From Bacteriovoracia bacterium (GTDB lineage: Bacteria; Bdellovibrionota; UBA1018; JBFWNL01), in contig JBFWNL010000014.1 in the NCBI GenBank assembly GCA_050251055.1, positions 1 to 61,471 on the forward strand: a DNA stretch of 61,471 nt, written 5' to 3'. The notes under the pieces are model-generated. The model did not search any database. It had not been told where the DNA came from and saw only the letters and a list, made by a program, of their open reading frames with translations. The translations under genes were made by a program, and so were the position numbers. Below, piece after piece: positions 55,976-61,471 of the stretch (position 1 is its first letter; each line of letters starts with the position of its first letter).

Positions 55976-57004
55976 TTACCTGAGAAAATCCATCAACGTT
56001 GGCTGGACCAACCGCTTCGAGCTGGATAAAACACTATTCAAAACCGACTCTTCCTTAGCAATCTCTGTCATGACGTGGGCCATGTCCGCGTCCTCGAGCT
56101 GAGACGTCAGCTCGGCATTCGTCAGGTTATGACGCTCCATCGCCTTCAGGGACCCCTGCAGCCCTTGCACGCGCGAACCTACTCGAGAACGCGTAGCGAC
56201 GATATTGGCGTGGATCTGGTCGAAGCGCTCCAAGGTATCCCGGATCGCTCCCAAGTCCCCCGTAAGCAGGGCGATACGTAGATTTTGGAGCTCATTGAAT
56301 ACGTTCGCGTTCTGCTCGCCCATGGGCGAAAGCGACTGACTGGTCTCGAGCGACCCGCCCGTGGTGGTAGCTGGCGCCCGGGCACTGTCCCCGGTGTCCA
56401 TCGGTTCGCCATTCTCGTCTACGCCCTTGAGCCGGCGGAAGTCCGCCGAGGTCTTGGGATTCGTGTTGAACGCTTCGATGCCGGGCACGTTCATGCTGAT
56501 GAAAACGTCCTTGCCGATCTCGACCATCATCTGCCCGTCGTCGCCGACGAACTGCCCGTCCTCGTTCACGGACGGGCGATGGGTTTTGTAACCCGAGAAC
56601 AAGTAGCGATCGCCGATCTTGGTGTTCGCGTCGGCCACGGCACGCTTGAAAAGCTGATTCACTTCTTCGGCCACGCCCAAGCGAGTTTCGTCGGTCGAGC
56701 TCGCACCGCTGGCTTGACCGATGGCGATCTCTTTTGCGCGCATCACGACTTCCGACAGGTCATCGAGGGCGTGGTCGGCGTTATTCAAGAAAGCTTCGGC
56801 AAGTTTCGCGTTGGCGAGGTATTGATCGTTGTTCACCTTGTCCGTCCTCACTTCGAGCACTTTGGCCGATCCGATCGGATTGTCCGAAGGCACGTTGAGC
56901 TTCTTCATGGTGGACGCCTGGTTCTGGAACTTCTCCATTCGGCTTTTCGCCTTATGGACCGTATCGCGTACGGTGTTGAAGCTCGTGTTCTGCGTCACTC
57001 TCAT
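55976..57004 (-). CDS. flgL: flagellar hook-associated protein 3
   Basis: MRVTQN..PSDNP, RYLFSGYKT, QPTLMDFLR. Confidence 0.95.
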   Translation of the reverse strand: MRVTQNTSFNTVRDTVHKAKSRMEKFQNQASTMKKLNVPSDNPIGSAKVLEVRTDKVNNDQYLANAKLAEAFLNNADHALDDLSEVVMRAKEIAIGQASGASSTDETRLGVAEEVNQLFKRAVADANTKIGDRYLFSGYKTHRPSVNEDGQFVGDDGQMMVEIGKDVFISMNVPGIEAFNTNPKTSADFRRLKGVDENGEPMDTGDSARAPATTTGGSLETSQSLSPMGEQNANVFNELQNLRIALLTGDLGAIRDTLERFDQIHANIVATRSRVGSRVQGLQGSLKAMERHNLTNAELTSQLEDADMAHVMTEIAKEESVLNSVLSSSKRLVQPTLMDFLR

Positions 57005-57031
57005 GATTTAGCCGTCATCCCCTTCTTTTGG

Positions 57032-58453
57032 CTATCTCTTCAAATCCAACACCGTTTTAAGCATCTCGTCGGCGACAGCGATGACCTTCGCCGAAGCGTC
57101 GAATGAATGCTGGAACTCGAGCAGATTCGCCGTTTCCTCATCAATAGAAACGTTCGAGATCTGATCCCGGATCTTATCCAGCTGGGTCATGATGCTTTTT
57201 TGCTGGTTCAGGTCGTCGCGATTGCGCGCGGTTACCACACCGATATCGCTGACGATCGAGTTATACCAGTCGTCCATGGTCGCCTTGCCATCGTTCATCA
57301 GGCGCATACTCTGAATGCCCGAGATGGCAATCGCGATGCGATTGTCGCCCGGAGAATCGGGTTGGGCGGCCGTCGCGATGTTGTTCGTGCTGGCCAAGAT
57401 GTCGTCCGATAGCCCGAAGTATTCCGCCGCGCGGAATTTTTCCGTCTGAGGTTTGAAAAAATCTATTCCGGTCACGCCGTCGCGGGTCAATCCTTGGCGG
57501 TGAATGGCGTTCACCGATTCGGTGATGCCAAACGCGAGATCATCCATGCGGCTTAGGATCGTGCCCAAGGTCTGGTCGCGCACTTCCACCAGAGCGCCGA
57601 GCTTGCCCCCCTTGATCACGTGGGTGACGTTCGAGTTGGCCGAGGAGCTGCTATAGATATCGAGGGCGTTTTCGGGCTTACCGTCGTCGTCCCGCGGGCT
57701 ACGCTGCACGTTGAACTGCTCCGCCTTGGGACCGGTGACCAATGGCCCGGCGCCTACGATATTGATCGTAACGGACCCGTTCTTGGATTTATGCACGGAT
57801 ACGTCCATGTAGCTGGCGAGCTTCTTAACCGCGAGGTCGCGCTGATCGAGCAAATCGTTGGGCGAGCCGCCGCCGATCTCGAGCTGCAGGATCTTTTGGT
57901 TCATGTTCGCGATTTGGTCCGCGAGCTGATTTACCTCACGGGTGTAGCCTTCGATTCGGTTGTCGATATGGCGGCGAACATCGTCCACCTCGCCGCGCAT
58001 GCGCTTGAAGTCGGAGGTCATCGCGTTCGTCGCCTCGCGAACGGACTGGCGGATGGCTTCGCTGTTAGGATCGTTGGCGAGCTGGCGAAACTCGTTAAAA
58101 AACTTGGCCATGAGACGATTCAAGCCTTCGCCATTCATCTCGTTGAAAATATCTTCCGTCTGACGGAGGGATAGGTCTTTCTCCTCCATGAACTGCAGCG
58201 AACGGTTTCCGTTGCGAATCTGCTTATCGAGGTATTCGTCGTTGATGCGGCTGACGCGCGCGATCTGCGTGCCGCGCCCGATAAAACCTTTATAACCTTG
58301 ATTTGCCGTCGGCTCCTGCGTTTCGAGCTCCACGCGCTGGCGGTTGTAGCCTTCCGTATTGGCGTTGGCGATGTTGTGACCGGTCGTGCCGATGGCGGAG
58401 CGAGCCGCCATCATGCCGGAACGACCTGTTAACATCACATTCGGAAGACCCAT
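57032..58453 (-). CDS. flgK: flagellar hook-associated protein 1
   Basis: TGHNIANANTEGYNRQR, PNDLLDQRD, VSIDEETANL..ASAKVI. Confidence 0.96.
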   Translation of the reverse strand: MGLPNVMLTGRSGMMAARSAIGTTGHNIANANTEGYNRQRVELETQEPTANQGYKGFIGRGTQIARVSRINDEYLDKQIRNGNRSLQFMEEKDLSLRQTEDIFNEMNGEGLNRLMAKFFNEFRQLANDPNSEAIRQSVREATNAMTSDFKRMRGEVDDVRRHIDNRIEGYTREVNQLADQIANMNQKILQLEIGGGSPNDLLDQRDLAVKKLASYMDVSVHKSKNGSVTINIVGAGPLVTGPKAEQFNVQRSPRDDDGKPENALDIYSSSSANSNVTHVIKGGKLGALVEVRDQTLGTILSRMDDLAFGITESVNAIHRQGLTRDGVTGIDFFKPQTEKFRAAEYFGLSDDILASTNNIATAAQPDSPGDNRIAIAISGIQSMRLMNDGKATMDDWYNSIVSDIGVVTARNRDDLNQQKSIMTQLDKIRDQISNVSIDEETANLLEFQHSFDASAKVIAVADEMLKTVLDLKR

Positions 58454-58459
58454 GGATCG

Positions 58460-58987
58460 CTAGACCTCCTTGCTAATCAAACGGGCTTCGTTCGCCCCGC
58501 CGGCCTTCGTTACCCCGCCGGACGTATACGTATTCGCCTGCGGCTTGCTTTCACCCAGCACGTTTTTCTTCATCTGACGGATATGCGTGAGCGAGTTTTC
58601 GACGAGCTTCTGATTTTCCTGATTCTGCTCGGTGATGCGCTCGATGAGGATCACCAGGGTGTTGTAGGCGCTACGCAGCTTTTCGGCCAACGGTTGATCG
58701 TGGCCTTGCACCAGGATCACCAAGTTCGGGAGCGAAAGCTCCGCGCGGGGTTTGCGATAGGCCAGGGCGAGCTCGGCGATCAGCGCCAGTCGCTGCGCTT
58801 CGGCCTGCTGCACGCCGCTGATGAGCGCTTCCTTCGCGAAGGTGCATTCCTGAATGCCTTTCACCTTCGCCTCGATGAGCGCGTTCTTCTCGAGACGCAC
58901 GCAATCGAGCAGCTGGCGATGCAAGCCGATGAGTTTCTGCAGGACTTGCCAAAGATTTTGATTGAGGGATTCTAGTTTTTGTTCCAC
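58460..58987 (-). CDS. flgN: flagellar export chaperone FlgN
   Basis: Helical; NQENQKLVENSL..TY; position between flgM and flgK. Confidence 0.85.
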   Translation of the reverse strand: MEQKLESLNQNLWQVLQKLIGLHRQLLDCVRLEKNALIEAKVKGIQECTFAKEALISGVQQAEAQRLALIAELALAYRKPRAELSLPNLVILVQGHDQPLAEKLRSAYNTLVILIERITEQNQENQKLVENSLTHIRQMKKNVLGESKPQANTYTSGGVTKAGGANEARLISKEV

Positions 58988-59087
58988 GCGAGCAATCCTC
59001 CTTGATTGCTAAACGAGGCGACACTTACTTCGGACTGTCGACCCCGGCCCTCCTGGCAAGGATCCCAATCCCGTCCCGGTCTGGGCT

Positions 59088-59420
59088 CTAGCCCAGCTCG
59101 GCCGTCTTCAAATGCTCGTCCACCATGCGATCCGCGATCGCCTCTGGCTTCACGTTGTATTCTTTGTTGGCGATGCGGCGCTTGAGCTCGGCGATCTTGT
59201 CTTCACGCACGTCTGCCGCGTTCGACGCCACCTCTTTAGCCAAAGCCATTTCCTTCGCGCGCGAGGAAATCTCCGTCTGCGCGGAACCAGAATCAATCTT
59301 GCTGGAAGTAAGTTTCTCCGCGGAAGACGCGGACTTGGCCTTGGCGGCCTCAGCGGCGCCCTTGGCGCGATTCGCTTCCGAACTCTGGACGTTCGCTGCG
59401 TGGTTATTCGTTACTTTCAT
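59088..59420 (-). CDS. flgM: anti-sigma28 factor FlgM
   Basis: EISS, DVREDKIAELKRRI..YNV..AIADRM. Confidence 0.92.
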   Translation of the reverse strand: MKVTNNHAANVQSSEANRAKGAAEAAKAKSASSAEKLTSSKIDSGSAQTEISSRAKEMALAKEVASNAADVREDKIAELKRRIANKEYNVKPEAIADRMVDEHLKTAELG

Positions 59421-59841
59421 CCGGTACCTCCTGTACTCGTGCCGCTGCTACCGGGGCCCTTGATCCACTGGGCCCCATCTTTTGATTGTAGCTGTTGGAT
59501 ACCAGATAAGCAATGACTTGGTCCGCTAAACCCACTCCGCCTTGCTTGGCCGCGCGCTGGGCCACGTCGGAGTCGAGCATGCTCTGATAGATTTTTGTCG
59601 CTGAGTTATCCATGCTCATGTCGTTATCCGGGACCGTTTTTCTCATGGCGCTCATCATGTAGTCCAGGAACATCGCCTCCATCCCTTCGGAAGCCTTCAC
59701 GATCTGGGGATCGAGCCGGCTCCGATCGATCTTTCCCATGACGCGGTTCATGGGCGTGCGGGCGTCGGTTTGGGCCGGCGCCGGCATGGAATTGACGGTG
59801 GGAACGGGCAGTTGCCGGCCCGGGGCGATCGGACCGGGCAT
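59404..59841 (-). CDS. flgJ: FlgJ-like rod-binding protein without muramidase domain
   Basis: EAMFLDYMMSAMRKTV..YQSMLD..GVGLAD. Confidence 0.85.
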   Translation of the reverse strand: MPGPIAPGRQLPVPTVNSMPAPAQTDARTPMNRVMGKIDRSRLDPQIVKASEGMEAMFLDYMMSAMRKTVPDNDMSMDNSATKIYQSMLDSDVAQRAAKQGGVGLADQVIAYLVSNSYNQKMGPSGSRAPVAAARVQEVPDESNE

Positions 59842-60122
59842 TACCCGTTCCCCCGTCTTGATGTGAAACGAGGACGATTGGCTTCCGTGCCATTCAACGT
59901 GCGAGACGAGCCAATTGAATCAAGCTTGGCAAAACCCACCATCCTAGCAGGCCGTTGTCCACGTCTTGTTTCCTGGAATTCGGCGCACCCCTGCGCCGAA
60001 GACTCGTTGATCGCATCGGACTGAGCATCATCCATGACGCTTTGCCCTTCGTTCCACACCAAACCTTCTTTCAAGCTGGGTCCCAAGAAATCGTCGATGA
60101 TGAAGTCTCCCCAACAGATCAC
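59841..60122 (-). CDS. small hypothetical protein between flgI and flgJ
   Basis: GTGA overlap with flgI stop and TAATG overlap with flgJ start. Confidence 0.45.
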   Translation of the reverse strand: MICWGDFIIDDFLGPSLKEGLVWNEGQSVMDDAQSDAINESSAQGCAEFQETRRGQRPARMVGFAKLDSIGSSRTLNGTEANRPRFTSRRGNG

Positions 60123-61213
60123 ATGACCTCCAGCTCGGCCTGCAAGGCGCCCGCGCGCTGCAGGGTTTGAAAAATCGCGGTTAAGTCCTTGGGCTGCACG
60201 CCCAAGGCGTTCAGTACCTTCACGAGATCCGCGACGGTCGCGATCCCTTTCATGAGGTTCACCTTGTCGAACTTTCTTTCTTTCTTATCGCCCTTGTTGT
60301 CACCCACTTCGATGGCGAGATCGCCGTGCGAAAAGGCCACCGGCGAAAGCGTGATCTGGGCGCCCATCACCACCGTGCCCGTGCGCTCGTTGAGCACGAC
60401 CTTGGCGCGGTTATCGACGTTCACCTGGATATTTTCGAGGGTCGCCAACAGCTCGACCGAACTGCCGTCGTAATTGAACGGGACAATCACGTCGATGGTG
60501 GCGCTGTCGTGCGCACTGGCGAACTTACCGCCTAATTCGGAGTTAATTAACGCGGTCACGCGAGCCGCCGTGGTGAAATCCGGATTATGCAGGGACAAGC
60601 GGAAGTTTTTCTTCGACGCGAAATCCACATCGAGATCCTTCTCAATCGTCGCCCCGGAAACAACACGGGCCACGGTAGGAAAGTTCTTAGACGAACCGTC
60701 GGCGACGGAGCCAATACTCACCGGACCTTGCGCCACGGCATACACGTTTTGATCCCCCGCGCGTAGTGGGGTCACGAGCAGCACGCCGCCCTCCAGGCTC
60801 GGCGAGTCGCCGATGGAGCTCACCGTCACGTCGATTTTATTTCCCACCCGTGAAAACGGCGGGAGCTTCGCGGTGACAATCACGGCCGCGGCATTCTTTG
60901 ACTTCACGCCCGTACCGTCTTTAATATCCAGGCCCAACTTACCAAAGAGGCGGCTCAGCGATTGGCTCGTCACGTCCGCGCTGGAATCGCCCGTGCCCTT
61001 TAAGCCCACGACGATGCCGTACCCAATGAGGATGTTTTCGCGCACGCCCTTCACGACGGCGATGTCTTTAAGCCGCGCCGCTACGCTCTCGCGTGGATAC
61101 GTCAGCACGAGCACGCTCGAAACCACAAGCAGTAGCCAAAACGCCGCGGAAATCGCCCGCCGGCCGAACTGATTGGTTATGCGTTTAGTTAAGCATTGAT
61201 AGACGGTATTCAT
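60119..61213 (-). CDS. flgI: flagellar P-ring protein
   Basis: ARLKDI..GVREN.LIGYGIVVGLKGTGD, KNAAAVIVTA.LPPF, PDFTTA, NERTGTVV, AGALQAEL. Confidence 0.97.
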   Translation of the reverse strand: MNTVYQCLTKRITNQFGRRAISAAFWLLLVVSSVLVLTYPRESVAARLKDIAVVKGVRENILIGYGIVVGLKGTGDSSADVTSQSLSRLFGKLGLDIKDGTGVKSKNAAAVIVTAKLPPFSRVGNKIDVTVSSIGDSPSLEGGVLLVTPLRAGDQNVYAVAQGPVSIGSVADGSSKNFPTVARVVSGATIEKDLDVDFASKKNFRLSLHNPDFTTAARVTALINSELGGKFASAHDSATIDVIVPFNYDGSSVELLATLENIQVNVDNRAKVVLNERTGTVVMGAQITLSPVAFSHGDLAIEVGDNKGDKKERKFDKVNLMKGIATVADLVKVLNALGVQPKDLTAIFQTLQRAGALQAELEVM

Positions 61214-61471
61214 ATAGCTTCCCGGAGTTAATGGTATCGGCGTCATCCACGTCGGCCGCTTTGGCGATGCCCACCATGGTCATCAAACGCGTGCTGCCGC
61301 GGTAAGGAACTCGCTTCGTCGAGCGGATCTTGTAATTTCCGTTCGGATAGCGCTCCAAAATCTCGGCCATAATGGTTTCGCCCGCGGCGAGCGTCACGTG
61401 CTTGGACACATCGACGTCGGCGTAAGTGGCCTTCGGTACGTCCACATCTGGCACTTCTTCCTTTTTCTTTT
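61185..61471 (-). CDS. flgH: flagellar L-ring protein, C-terminal part (5'-truncated by window)
   Basis: AEILERYPNGNYKIR..MVGI..DV..TINS; immediately upstream of flgI; frame open to window edge. Confidence 0.75.
   Translation of the reverse strand, partial: KKKEEVPDVDVPKATYADVDVSKHVTLAAGETIMAEILERYPNGNYKIRSTKRVPYRGSTRLMTMVGIAKAADVDDADTINSGKLYEYRLSMLN

Overview
GC-rich bacterial chromosomal window, most likely from a Bdellovibrionota-type (deltaproteobacterial-like) genome. That assignment is an inference from a TIGR02147-like regulator, orphan prepilin-like proteins, spoVG beside tRNA-Gln, and the order flgH-flgI-flgJ-flgM-flgN-flgK-flgL-csrA-fliW. Most of the window is housekeeping: ung, spoVG, clpB, a DegP-type protease, a PilT-family ATPase, anmK/amgK/murU peptidoglycan recycling, citrate synthase, lysA-dapA-dapB-dapD, etfBA plus a membrane Fe-S oxidoreductase, a MoxR/VWA pair, a cold-shock protein, astA/astD, bamD and flagellar genes. 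Two accessory blocks stand out: 3.9-11.7 kb (pilin-like proteins, TIGR02147-like gene, lipoproteins, beta-propellers, CBS, MgtC) and 52.3-55.0 kb. The most unusual signal is non-coding. Downstream of tRNA-Gln(TTG), the tRNA's last 21 nt are repeated exactly 284 bp away, and each CCA end runs straight into a long near-perfect hairpin. The two hairpin stems differ in sequence, but their ~48-nt loops share a covarying double ANGGA (CsrA-site-like) stem-loop architecture. No CRISPR array, integrase or transposase was found. All calls come from motif recognition by eye; no database searches were run.
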